Positions 1 to 11,807 of a stretch of 64,000 nt of DNA are shown here, in pieces. The stretch comes from Macrostomum lignano. Taxonomy: Eukaryota. Both the position numbers and the translations under genes were made by a program. The stretch is from contig NIVC01001206.1 of NCBI GenBank assembly GCA_002269645.1, positions 109,850 to 173,849 of the forward strand, read 5' to 3'. The notes beneath the pieces were generated by a model. The model ran no database searches, was not told the origin of the DNA, and was given only the letters and a program-made list of their open reading frames with translations. The stretch's first letter is position 1, and the number at the start of each line of letters is the position of its first letter.

Positions 1-847
1 TCATTCACCGCCGACTCTTTCCACCCGAAGCGGACGTTCCGGGCGTGGTGAAGTCCCAGCTCCTCAGATACGCCCGGCGGTGTTCCCTGATGGCCGATTT
101 CGACGCAGCGTGCACCGGGCTGTTTTCAAGTCTGGTGCAACACCAGGGCTACAATCGGCGGTTCCTGCGCACGATCAAGTACGAGATGCTGACGGAGCTG
201 GGCTTCTACCCGACGAGACGGTGGGATTTCGGCTTTCTGCCGTGCAACCCGACCCGGCTGTGCAGGTGCTGCCAGGCACACGCCAGGTTCGCCTCCGTCT
301 GCCCCGGATCAGCAGCCACGACAGTCCAGCTCATCATCAGTCAGCGGATCGACTGCAACGCCACCAACGCCGTCTATGCCGTGTTCTGCCGCCGGTGCGA
401 CCACACGATCTACGTAGGCGAGACCGCCAACAGCATCCGCGGCCGCATGCTGGCGCACATCGGCGACATCCGGCACGCCCGTGACACTCCGGTGGCCCGC
501 CACTTCACCAGTGATGGCCACAGTCTGGCGGACTTCGCCTTCACCGGCATCTGGTCTCGTGACGGCACGGGACCCAGAGCGAACGAGCGGCGGCAGCGCC
601 ACGAGGCCAAGCTCATCGAGGTGTTAAAGACTCAAACCCCGCACGGCGTCAACGAGCTTGCCGGCACGCTGCACAACCCGGCCATCCCGCTGATCCTGCC
701 CCATTGTGCGAGGTCGGACGCCCTGGTGGCCGCGGTGAAGGACGCGTGGCCCGGTGCTGCGAGGCGCCGGTGCTGCCCGCCTACACCAAAGGGCGGAACC
801 TCCGGCAGCTGCTCTGTCCCAGTCGACTGGAGTCCACCACTGATTGA
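1..847 (+). pseudogene. PLE ORF C-terminus: RT thumb, Cys linker and GIY-YIG endonuclease, with two apparent single-base frameshifts (~41-45 and ~752-761)
   Basis: AVYAVFCRRCDHTIYVGET..R..H....PVARHF..H..E..LI..L.T..P.G.N is the PLE GIY-YIG/CCHH pattern. Frame 1 gives DSFHPKRTFR, joining GVVKSQ in frame 3. A shifted frame at 761-847 gives VLPAYTKGRNLRQLLCPSRL then TGA. Confidence 0.85.
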
Positions 848-1455
848 ATTTTTGTATTTTTTCCTTTTGATTTTTTACTTCACTTTCCCTTCTACTTACC
901 TTTGTCAGACCGTGCCGGTACCTACCAAGCCTTTTGTTGCTCCTTTCTTAGAAATTTTTTTTATTCTCATCGCTAGCCCAAGCACAGCTTTTGTATATTC
1001 TCAGCATTTATTCTGCATCAACATTTCTATTGTTTCTTGACACCCTGTACTTTTTATTACACTTTTTACTTTTACTCTTTTGCTTATCGTACAATTGCTC
1101 TTTTTTAAGTTTTTGAGGGCCTTTCACCTTATTTATTTATTTATTGATTTACTGCTTATTTATTTATTGAGGTCAATTTTGTAAAGTGCTTAGAGTCACT
1201 CTTTCCCCTTTTTAGACACCGGTGCAGTCGCACTATTCCATTATTTATTTCGTGTGTAGGATCGCTGCAGCCCACGTGCGGTTCACTTTATTTGTGCACT
1301 GTTTTTTATTTTGCATTTTCAACTCTAATAGTGTTTTATCGACTCACACCAAGTGTACATACCGTACGCTCTCTATCTACCTGCCTACTCTCTCTCCCCT
1401 CTAACCCGCCTATTTAATAACTTTTACAACACCACTTGTCGCTACTACTTTTCAC

Positions 1456-1496
1456 TTGCCCTGACGAAGAATTTACCTAATTCGAAATATCGGCAA
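1456..1496 (+). ncRNA. Minimal type I hammerhead ribozyme of the PLE terminal repeat
   Basis: ttgcc-CTGACGA-a-gaatt(tacct)aattc-GAAA-ta-TC-ggcaa: stem I ttgcc/ggcaa, CUGANGA and GAAA core boxes, stem II gaatt/aattc, minimal palindromic helix III, predicted cleavage after AUC. Confidence 0.8.
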
Positions 1497-1564
1497 CTTA
1501 AATCATCTTGACTTGTTTGTCCTTTTTACATGTACCGCGTCCGTGCCTGAGATTGGAGGCGCCC

Positions 1565-1752
<188 letters not shown>

Positions 1753-2360
1753 ATCTCAAAATCAATCTGAACATTTTACAGATTTTGCCCAGACCTTGGT
1801 TGTCAGGCTGTTGTTTGGGAATGATAAATGGAAGCAGAGGTGAGCGGGCACTCCCACTCCCACCTGTGCAGGATTAGGATCAAACTGCTAGGAGAGAAAA
1901 CTCGACAAGAATTGTCAACAGTTGACAGAATTGATCTCCTTTTCAAAGAAAATTAGAATAAAAGGTCTTGACGGACGCTCAGATTTTTGATTGACAGGGT
2001 TGGGGGCGGACTTAAATCTGAGGCCGATCCGCGCTGGCTGTTGTCATAAAAAGAACAACATATGACAAATTTCGCTTTAGCCCTGTGTGAAATTTTGAGT
2101 TTATGAAACTTGTTGAGCATTGAAGATAAGCAAATCGTTCGGGATGGCCATTGTTTTCGGGGTTCGTGGTTAACCCCGAGCTCTTCTTTAATCTTTCGGA
2201 AACCCCGAACTCCGTCCCGAACCAAAATCCCGACCACGAACCCCAGAAACTCCGACGCACACGAACTGAACTGAGTCAGGGGGTCACTGACCCAGCGAAA
2301 TGAAAATCTTTGTGTGCTCATCTGATACGCTATGAAGTGCAGCACGACATAGCAAAAGGG

Positions 2361-2760
2361 GGGCCGTAGCCCAGCGGTAGCGCGGCTGCTCTGGTGTGCC
2401 AGCGACCCAGGCTCGATTCCAAGTGCAGTCACATTAATTTGGGGCTGAATTGGAATCTCGGCTTGGCTCTGCTTGTGCAATTAACGGCCTTGAGAGCCAA
2501 TACCCTTAGGCGCAGTGAAGTGTACATGCCTAACGATAAAATAAAGTTAGGGCCGCTGTACACTCCTGTGTGTGTGTGTGCCTGCGTACGTATCGCGCGC
2601 TTGTATGCCTGCTCAGGGGAGTCGGCGGAATGGGCAGCAATGCCTCTCGCCGGTTGTGTGCCTGTCGCCAGTGTGCCTGTCGCCTGTGCCTGTGCCTGTC
2701 GCCTGTTGCCTGTCGCCAGGGTGCACACAGCCCCCCTGCCTCTAATAAAAAAAATGACAC
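2361..2760 (+). mobile_element. tRNA-derived SINE-like element, copy 1
   Basis: Pol III A-box-like TAGCCCAGCGG (2367) and B-box-like GGCTCGATTCC (2410); about 400 bp shared with 3418-3775. Confidence 0.55.
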
Positions 2761-3417
2761 AGCAAAATTTACCCCTTAGCTTAGCTTGTAGTGAGCTAGT
2801 GGGAAGATCGCTCAAACCAATGTACAGTTCGTTCAAATCCATTTTAAAATTGATTTGAGCAATCTGTGGCCTGTCCATCAAGTAACGTTCCTGTATTCAG
2901 TTTGGTTCTCTGATCAGTTTTCAAATTTAACTTTCTCTTTAATAATTCTGTGAGTGCAAAAATTCAAAATCAGTGTGCTGGTCTACAATAAATCCAAAAA
3001 AATTTCTGGAGCTGTCGGAGCGGAAACGAAATTACAAATATAAAAAATTACAATTAAGACAATTAGGTACTAAATTAGAGGTTTTTTGTTAAAAAATTCT
3101 AACAAATTTTTCCGTAATTGGCCATTCAGAAAATTTGCATAGCCTCCCGCCCCCACCCCGAAAACCCGGAAAATTCCGATACCATGGACAACTAAAATAC
3201 GCTCGATTTTCTTAGAAATGTCGTATCGTCAGTACAACTAGTATGCTCTATTTGAGAATGCATAGCGCTGAATGGGGTTTGGCCATAGACTAATTCGGTA
3301 GGGCAAAATCCGAATTTTTTCGACGGCAAATCTTCGTTCTTTACCGGACTGCAGCTCATTTCTAAGAAAATCGGCTGCAAGCGTCTTTCTACTGAAGTTG
3401 TGCATGGGTTTGACTTG

Positions 3418-3775
3418 GGCTGTGCCGTAGCCCAGTGGTCTAGAGCGGCTCTCTCATGTGCCAGCGGCCCAGGCTCGATTCCAAGTGCAGTCACATTAAT
3501 TTGGGGCTGAATTGGAATCTCGGCTTGGCTCTGCTCGTGCAATTAACGGCCTTGAAGGCCAACCCCCCCCCCCAAGGCACAGTGAAGTGTACATGCCTAA
3601 CGATAAATAAAGTTAGGGCCGCTGTACACTCCTGTGTGAGTGTGTGCCTGTGCGTGTGACTGCGTACGCATCCGCGCGCTTGTGTGCCTGCTCAGGGGAG
3701 TCGGCGGAATGGGCAGCAATGCCGGACAATGTCGCTTAAAGTGCGCCAAAGTGCACACAGCCCCCGGCCTCTAAT
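3418..3775 (+). mobile_element. tRNA-derived SINE-like element, copy 2
   Basis: TAGCCCAGTGG (3428) and GGCTCGATTCC (3472); body collinear with copy 1. Confidence 0.55.
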
Positions 3776-4334
3776 AGCTCGTAAAAAGGGTTTGAATTTG
3801 GCCGTCTGAAAGGTTGCAGGGGTACGCGCGGCTGGAGGGGCCGGTGGCTGAGGCATGCAGCTCGTATCTTACTTTGCAAACCATGGTCGCAGGGATGACT
3901 AAACCAGTAGCTGTGCGAACTTTCGAGTTTGTGAAACGTCTCAGTTTTCTCTTCTGTTGCTTCCGACGCGACAGACTCTGAATTGCATTAGCTAATGTGA
4001 GCCCAAAGTCCTCTGAGATCTCAAAATTCCTGTAGAAAGAAGTCCAAGGTTTCTTCGGCACTAATTAACTTTCTCTCTCGCCTACGCAGCGCGAAACTGC
4101 TTGATTTAGCTGGCACAGAACATTGGCTTTTCCGCATAGTACTCAAAGTCAGGCTGGGACTCTCAGTTAACTTTTATACACTTCTGGTAAGCAACAAAGT
4201 TGCTATTGAGCTAGCCCAGGCGTGCTAATGATTCCAGCCTCAAAGGCCAGTTAAATATAAATCCAATATTCATAGACCTTACACCTGCACACTGAAGAGT
4301 GCCTCCTCATTGTCACACCTAAGTCGCATCGATT

Positions 4335-4465
4335 GATAGTCACATCCAGTCACATTTAGTGACATTTAGTGACATTTAGTCACACCCAGTCACACCCAGT
4401 AACACCCCGTCACACCCAGTCACACCCAGTCACATTCAGTCACAACCTGTAACATCCAATCACAC
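4335..4465. repeat. Degenerate 10-bp tandem repeat (cacacccagt / gacatttagt)
   Basis: About 12 imperfect copies visible. Confidence 0.8.
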
Positions 4466-4510
4466 CCCATATTCACGTTCACATTCTCCCTTCCGTTTCG
4501 CCGCACTCAC

Positions 4511-4838
4511 CATCAACGCTGAGCAGTATCTTGCAGCCGGGCAGCCCCAGCATCCAGTACTTGAGCAGCAGCCGGGCCAGGTTAACGGGGATGCAGACGA
4601 GCCCGACCAGCAGGTCCGAACCGGCCAGGCTGATCATCAGGCTGGACACTCGCCTGCGGAGGTTTTTGTAACGCAGGCTGTAGTACAGGACGAGGCCGTT
4701 GAGCACGGCAATGAGCAGCAGAATGATGGCGCTTAAGCTGAGCAGAGCGATCCGTTGGATGGTCATCGGTTGAACGTAGTCCAGGTATTCAGCCACGATC
4801 CCGCTCAGCCGCTCACGGTTCGCAACTTGCTTTGTGCG
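4511..4838 (-). CDS. Exon of a rhodopsin-family (class A) GPCR, biogenic-amine-receptor-like; TM1, TM2, ECL1 and start of TM3
   Basis: AIILLLIAVLNGLVL (TM1 Asn), ISLAGSDLLVGLVCIP (TM2 LAxxD), YWMLGLPGCKILLSVD (WxxG..C and TM3 Asp typical of amine receptors). Acceptor gggcag before 4838, donor gtgagt after 4511. Downstream exons not found in this window. Confidence 0.85.
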
Positions 4839-4915
4839 CTGCCCGGCGGGAGAGGCAAAAATTGTATTGGTTTTTTGTTAACTCCACAAACAAAACCACA
4901 GTCAAATTTTCATCA

Positions 4916-5088
4916 AGCCCCACCCCACTCCGCCTCAAGCCCCACCCCACTCCGCCTCAAGCCCACCCCACTCCGCCGCAAGCACACTCCACTCCGCCTC
5001 AAGCCCACCCCACTCCGCCTCAAGCCCCACCTCACTCCGCCGCAAGCCCACCTCACTCCGCCGCAAGCCCACCACACTCCGCCTCAAG
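4916..5088. repeat. 19-bp minisatellite (ccccactccgcctcaagcc)
   Basis: About 9 imperfect copies. Confidence 0.9.
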
Positions 5089-5540
5089 TCTACTCCAACT
5101 CGATTTTAAACACCACAATTTCGATCTACGAGTAAATTGATTGGACAGCATCCGGTACACAAAACGCTCGATTTCAGTGCAAAAGCACCGGGAAAGAAAA
5201 TGTCCTATCAAATGATGAAAGTGTTCCGTCTGCGGCAGTTAAAAAAGATTTTGCAGGCTGCAGGCTCTTTTAGCGTAATTTGAAGCCCCGCAAAACCTGG
5301 GTCCCGCCCTAATCTTGATCCCCAGTCTAGGGGAACTGGAATTGCATACACTCACTGGCCAGAGATATATTTTAAAGACTGGTTCAGCAGATTTCGACTA
5401 CATTTCCGAAATATTTATACAGACTGTCTATTCAGCCTTTGAGACGAGTCATATCGAATTCCAGGTAGCTGGACTGCCTTGCTTAACTGACCGATTTTGT
5501 TAAATAAAGAAACAAAAAAAAATTGTTTTTTTCTACTGAG

Positions 5541-8433
5541 GGATAGATTAGCAATCCATTCTATTCCTTTATTGATTTAGGCTAGATTAGCAATCCATTC
5601 TATTCCTTTATTGATTTAGGCTAGATTAGCAATCCATTCTATCCCTTTATTAATTTAGGCTAGATTAGCAATCCATTCTATCCCTTTATTGATGTAGGCT
5701 AGATTAGCAATCCATTCTATCCCTTTATTGATTTAGGCTAGATTAGCAATCCATTCTATCCCTTTATTGATGTAGGCTAGATTAGCAATCCATTCTATTC
5801 CTTCATTGATGTAGGCTAGATTAGCAATCCATTCTATCCCTTTATTGATTTAGGCTAGATTAGCAATCCATTCTATCCCTTTATTGATTTAGGCTGGATT
5901 AGCAATCCATTCTATCCCTTTATTGATTTAGGCTAGATTAGCAATCCATTCTATCCCTTTATTGATTTAGGCTAGATTAGCAATCCATTCTATCCCTTTA
6001 TTGATTTAGGCTAGATTAGCAATCCACCTATTCCTTTATTGATGTAGGCTAGATTAGCAATCCACCTATTCCTTTATTGATGTAGGCTAGATTAGCAATG
6101 CATTCTATTCCTTTATTGATGTAGGCTAGATTAGCAATCCATTCTATTCCTTCATTGATGTAGGCTAGATTAGCAATGCATTCTATTCATTCATTAAAGT
6201 AGGCTAGATTAGCAATCCATTCTATTCCTTCATTGATGTAGGCTAGATTAGCAATCCATTCTATCCCTTTATTGATTTAGGCTAGATTAGCAATCCATTC
6301 TATTCCTTCATTGATGTAGGCTAGATTAGCAATCCATTCTATTCATTCATTGATGTAGGCTAGATTAGTATCCATTCTATTCCTTCATTGATGTAGGCTA
6401 GATTAGCAATCCATTCTATCCCTTTATTGATTTAGGCTAGATTAGCAATCCATTCTATCCCTTTATTGATGTAGGCTAGATTAGAAATCCATTCTATCCC
6501 TTTATTGATTTAGGCTAGATTGGCAATCCATTCTATCCCTTTATTGATTTAGGCTAGATTAGCAATCCATTCTATCCCTTTATTGATTTAGGCTAGATTA
6601 GCAATCCATTCTATCCCTTTATTGATTTAGGCTAGATTAGCAATCCATTCTATCCCTTTTTGATTTAGGCTAGATTAGCAATCCATTCTATCCCTTTATT
6701 GATTTAGGCTAGATTAGCAATGCATTCTATTCCTTTATTGATGTAGGCTAGATTAGCAATCCATTCTATCCCTTTATTGATTTAGGCTAGATTAGCAATG
6801 CATTCTATTCCTTTGTTGATGTAGGCTAGATTAGCAATCCATTCTATCCCTTTATTGATTTAGGCTAGATTAGCAATCCATTCTATCCCTTTATTGATGT
6901 AGGCTAGATTAGCAATCCATTCTATCCCTTTATTGATTTAGGCTAGATTAGCAATCCATTCTATTCCTTCATTGATTTAGGCTAGATTAGCAATCCATTC
7001 TATTCTTTTATTGATTTAGGCTAGATTAGCAATCCATTCTATTCCTTTATTGATGTAGGCTAGATTAGCAATCCATTCTATTCCTTTATTGATGTAGGCT
7101 AGATTAGCAATCCATTCTATCCCTTTATTGATTTAGGCTAGATTAGCAATCCACCTATTCCTTTATTGATGTAGGCTAGATTAGCAATCCACCTATTCCT
7201 TTATTGATGTAGGCTAGATTAGCAATCCATTCTATCCCTTTATTGATTTAGGCTAGATTAGCAATCCATTCTATTCCTTTATTGATGTAGGCTAGATTAG
7301 CAATCCATTCTATCCCTTTATTGATTTAGGCTAGATTAGCAATCCATTCTATTCCTTTATTGATTTAGGCTAGACTAGCAATCCATTCTATTCCTTCATT
7401 GATGTAGGCTAGATTAGCTATCCATTCTATCCCTTTATTGATGTAGACTAGATTAGTAATCCATTCTATTCCTTCATTGATGTAGACTAGATTAGTAATC
7501 CATTCTATTCCTTCATTGATTTAGACTAGATTAGCAATCCATTCTATCCCTTTATTGATGTAGACTAGATTAGCAATCCATTCTATTCCTTCATTGATGT
7601 AGACTAGATTAGTAATCCATTCTATTCCTTCATTGATTTAGACTAGATTAGCAATCCATTCTATTCCTTCATTGATTTAGACTAGATTAGCAATCCATTC
7701 TATTCCTTCATTGATGTAGGCTAGATTAGCAATCCATTCTATTCCTTCATTGATGTAGACTAGATTAGCAATCCATTCTATTCCTTCATTGATGTAGACT
7801 AGATTAGCAATCCATTCTATTCCTTCATTGATGTAGACTAGATTAGCAATCCATTCTATTCCTTTATTGATTTAGGCTAGATTAGCAATCCATTCTATTC
7901 CTTCATTGATGTAGGCTAGATTAGCAATCCATTCTATTCCTTTATTGATGTAGGCTAGATTAGCAATCCACTCTATTCCTTTATTGATTTAGGCTGGATT
8001 AGCAATCCATTCTATCCCTTTATTGATGTAGGCTAGATTAGCAATCCATTCTATCCCTTTATTGATTTAGGCTAGATTAGCAATCCATTCTATCCCTTTA
8101 TTGATTTAGGCTAGATTAGCAATCCACCTATTCCTTATTGATGTAGACTAGATTAGCAATCCATTCTATTCCTTCATTGATGTAGGCTAGATTAGCAATT
8201 CACTCTATTCCTTCATTGATGTAGGCTAGATTAGCAATTCACTCTATTCCTTTATTGATGTAGGCTAGATTAGCAATTCATTCTATTCCTTTATTGATGT
8301 AGGCTAGATTAGCAATCCATTCTATTCCTTCATTGATGTAGGCTAGATTAGCAATTCACTCTATTCCTTTATTGATGTAGGCTAGATTAGCAATCCATTC
8401 TATCCCTTTATTGATGTAAGATTAGCAATCCAT
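5541..8433. repeat. 39-bp satellite (ggctagattagcaatccattctatccctttattgattta), about 74 copies
   Basis: Continuous head-to-tail array without unique spacers. Confidence 0.97.
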
Positions 8434-9332
8434 CGAGTCAGCCCCTTTCGTTCGCTAAAGGGCCTTGAAAAAAATTGATTTCATTCCTTTCCTTGTACAA
8501 TGATTTTTCAGTTAGCAAAATTTGTTAAAATAAAGCTCAGAACAGGAAAAGTCGCAACAGATTCGCAGCTGCTCAGTCTGGGAGAACATGGAATTCGCGG
8601 TTCAACTCGCGGCCAGCTTCCAATGCCTGCGGCAGAAGGTTGGGGAGCTGGAAAGCCTCCCTGTGATGTCGGAGCCGCTCATTAGAGATGTTGCACCAGG
8701 CTCCAAGCTGTCTAAATATGGAGGCCCGAAGTGTCACATGACTTCCTGGCACCCAGTTCCCTCCTCAGCTTAGAGCACAAACCGGTTCCACCGCTGCTGG
8801 GAGTTCCGGCGCGGAAGCAGTGAAAGGCAACTATGCCCAGCTTTACTCGCTTCTCATACTTTATAAAAAACTTTCTATAGAAAAAAGGTGATGATGGAAC
8901 GATGCCTGCTTCCCTAGAGTAATCTCCCCCCTTTCCTAAGAGGTTTGTTCAACACATCGCCCTGATCCTCTTCATCGGGATGCAATTTCTTATCCGATCG
9001 TGTTTTGTTCCGCAAGCCTCTCCCAGAGTCTGCATCTCCTGCTCTTTCCTCACTCAGATCCGCTTGGCAAAGCGGGACAATTGCATCGCTGAGAGACTAC
9101 TCATGGAGAATTCATGGTGAATAGCCCTGAGCTGCCGTAATCAGATTTGGAAAGGGTTTAGTCTGCTGTTCAGTACATTTTCTACAAGTGCACACTGCGA
9201 GCGGTCTGCGTTTTTTTACTATATGTGTATCTGTGTTTCTCGCGGGAACTTTTCTGCGGCAATTGTTCAGGAAATCGTGTTAGTGAACAAGAAACAAAAA
9301 AGCGATTTTCACTTCAGAGAACGAAGACTCAC

Positions 9333-9362
9333 CTCTTTTAGGTCAATCACTACGACATCCAT
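9333..9362 (-). CDS. Candidate 30-nt first coding exon of the class A GPCR (MDVVVIDLKE)
   Basis: ATG plus 10 codons followed by a gag|gtgagt donor, phase 0, compatible with the phase-0 acceptor at 4838. Confidence 0.35.
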
Positions 9363-9530
9363 GAGTTGTCGGTGAATAATTTTATGGTGAATATCTTAGA
9401 GAGTAGACAGATTAAGCTGAGGTTTCAGTTTGGAAGAATTCTTGTGGGCTTAGGGGGGGATTTTCCTGTCCCGTCGGGCAATATAAGGCGGATCGGGGGG
9501 TTGGAAGGACCGGCGCGTTAATCTGTGGCT

Positions 9531-9541
9531 CAGCCAATCAG
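9531..9541 (+). promoter_or_regulatory. CCAAT box (cagccaatcag) about 170 bp upstream of the candidate GPCR start exon
   Basis: Matches the extended NF-Y consensus; position is suggestive only. Confidence 0.25.
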
Positions 9542-9770
9542 ATTGTAGCTCGACTTCTGGCTAAGAAGTGCAGTGAAAGCTGCTCTGCTGAGGGGGTACA
9601 TTGAGACAGTCTAGACAGAGGAACTTGAAAGGTGAGAGCGAAAAGAATTATGTGAATTATTAGATTCTTAGTGCTAGGGGATTTTTAAATAAGAGGCGGA
9701 CAGTGAAAGCTGGAGAGTGAGAGGTAGAGTGAGAGTGTAAGTGAAAGAAGAGTGAGAGTGAGAGCTGGAG

Positions 9771-10140
9771 GGGAGTGAGAGGGAGAGTGAGAGGGAGAGT
9801 GAGAGGGAGAGTGAGAGGGAGAGTGAGAGGGAGAGTGAGAGGGAGAGTGAGAGGGAGAGTGAGAGGGAGAGTGAGAGGGAGAGTGAGAGGGAGAGTGAGA
9901 GGGAGAGTGAGAGGGAGAGTGAGAGGGAGAGTGAGAGGGAGAGTGAGAGGGAGAGTGAGAGGGAGAGTGAGAGGGAGAGTGAGAGGGAGAGTGAGAGGGA
10001 GAGTGAGAGGGAGAGTGAGAGGGAGAGTGAGAGGGAGAGTGAGAGGGAGAGTGAGAGGGAGAGTGAGAGGGAGAGTGAGAGGGAGAGTGAGAGGGAGAGT
10101 GAGAGGGAGAGTGAGAGGGAGAGTGAGAGGGAGAGTGAGA
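9771..10140. repeat. 12-bp purine-rich tandem repeat (gagagtgagagg)
   Basis: About 30 perfect copies. Confidence 0.97.
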
Positions 10141-10217
10141 TGTAGCAAGACGTAGCTGAGGGGCAGACAGAGCTCGGGAGCGAATATGCACCACAATTTC
10201 CCTATTTCACGGACCGC

Positions 10218-10790
10218 ACTCCCCTCGGCTGACGACGGCTTCCTGCTGCGCTGACGCATCGGTCGCCGCCACAGCGAAAAGCGTATGAGCCTGCTTGGCT
10301 ACGCCGACGACTCCGCCCTCCTGTCCTCATCCAGATCGACAGGCTGGTTGAGGTCTTGCAAAGGACTTGCCTGGGCGGCCTTCCTTTCGATCCCAGCCGT
10401 CCTCCAGTCCAAAGCGCTGCCCGACCGCCAGAGGGCTCGGCTGTGGCAGGCAATGGTCCTGCTATACAACGCCGAGACGTGGACGCTGACGGTTACACTG
10501 GAGCGGCAGTTGGACTCGGCGCACTCAGAGCTGCTCCGTGCGGCCCTTCGAGCTGACGAGAGCGTCGGGACCGAGGCCCTGTACGATCGGGCCAAGCTGC
10601 AGCGCCCCCCACCATCCTGCGGGCCACGTGATCCGGACCGAGGGCTACTGCCCCCAACCTGTTCACCTTTCAGGGCCCGTTCAGGCGGGGTCAGGCCCGA
10701 ACCCGTCGATATGTAGACTGCCTCCTACGCGACGCCGGGGCGCCCGACACTGCCATCTGACGCGCCCTGCTCAAAATGTAACCTAACATA
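10218..10790 (+). mobile_element. Degenerate, truncated non-LTR retrotransposon (RTE-like) RT C-terminal fragment
   Basis: DDGFLLR*RIGRRHSEKRMSLLGYADDSALL (YADD motif), LLYNAETWTLT..L..QLDSAHSELLRAAL, then GHVIR in another frame; contains a stop and internal deletions. Confidence 0.8.
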
Positions 10791-11175
10791 CGGGGCTGCG
10801 TACTTTGTTGTTGTTGAGAACTCTACAAACAAGGATGTTGGTCAAATTATCAAACTCGTTTTAGAAAGGCTTTTGATGAGATTTTCAGTGCGGTTGTCGA
10901 AGTGCAGCCCCCCTCCGGCTTTTGCTTCCCCAGTTCTTTCTGGTGCAAGTGTGACTTTTTAAATAAAGATGTTTACGCGGCTTGCCCAGTGCAAAAGCGC
11001 CGAGATCAAAGGGTGAGGCCTGCAGTCTTCGGGTCCAGTTTTACTGACTTATTTAATTAAATCTGATTAAATTACGGACATAATTACGCCAGTGCAGGCC
11101 AGGCTTTGCGTAAAGTACATCGCGCTTCTGTTTTGCTGACGCAAACGGAAAAAATTGGCACAACAGATCCTGTGC

Positions 11176-11365
11176 TTTGTTTGAACTGACAATGACACTA
11201 AACTGACATGACACTAAACTGACAATGACACTAAACTGACATGACACTAAACTGACAATGACACTAAACTGACAATGACACTGAACTGACAATGACACTG
11301 AACCGACACTGACGCTCAGCTGACGGTGTCGCTAAACTGTCAATGACACTGCAATGACAGAGAGA
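11176..11365. repeat. Short array of 16-17-bp units (ctgacaatgacactaaa)
   Basis: Related to the B-type monomer of the 11808-14253 array. Confidence 0.85.
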
Positions 11366-11807
11366 AGCCTCTATAGGCCCTTCACTGTCCTGCTGTCTCT
11401 TCCCCTTCGAAGCGACCATTGCACGCAGTTTCAAAGTCTACGCTCGTAGTAGGAATGATGATATAAAGGGCCATACTAATTACGCATCTCCCTGTCACAA
11501 TAATTATTTCGCTGCTTTGCAATCAACAGGTTCTGCATTGTTTTGGAGCAGTTCAGAAGAGTTCGGACAGTTTCAAGACAACAGACTTTTCTACGAGCCA
11601 CATGTTGGAGAGCCGTTTAATCATCGGCGGTAAAGCATCGGGTATGCTGTCCAGCGCTTGAAGACAGGTGCAATCTAAGTTGCACCTGTAAGTAAAGCAA
11701 AGTTCAAGGCCACTGCATGCGAAGAAAGAGAAGCGAGGGACAGCAAGAGAGTCAGAGAGAGTGAGAACGAGACTGATATGGAGTGAGAAGGAGAGTAATG
11801 TGGAGCT

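Larger units (their letters stand above)
1..1525 (+). mobile_element. Penelope-like retroelement (PLE), 3' portion; 5' part lies outside the window
   Basis: RT C-terminal motif (SFHPKRTFR/GVVKSQLLRYARRCS), Cys linker, GIY-YIG endonuclease, T-rich 3' region and a minimal hammerhead ribozyme near the end; the right boundary is approximate. Confidence 0.85.

Noticed and set aside
1-847. Selenocysteine-recoded or N-terminal-EN (Naiad-type) PLE
   Set aside because: The EN is C-terminal to the RT, there are no in-frame TGA codons at Cys positions, and no SECIS was recognised
2361-2432. Functional tRNA genes here and at 3418-3492
   Set aside because: Acceptor and anticodon stems do not pair cleanly, the two copies disagree at the anticodon, and homology extends about 330 bp beyond the head
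5541-8433. CRISPR-like appearance of regular 39-bp (and 20-24-bp) repeats
   Set aside because: Monomers are contiguous with no unique spacers, no cas genes are present and the context is eukaryotic
11553-11690. Possible minus-strand exon (CNLDCTCLQALDSIPDALPPMIKRLSNMW..)
   Set aside because: A single acceptor-like site only; no homology or phase-linked partner exon
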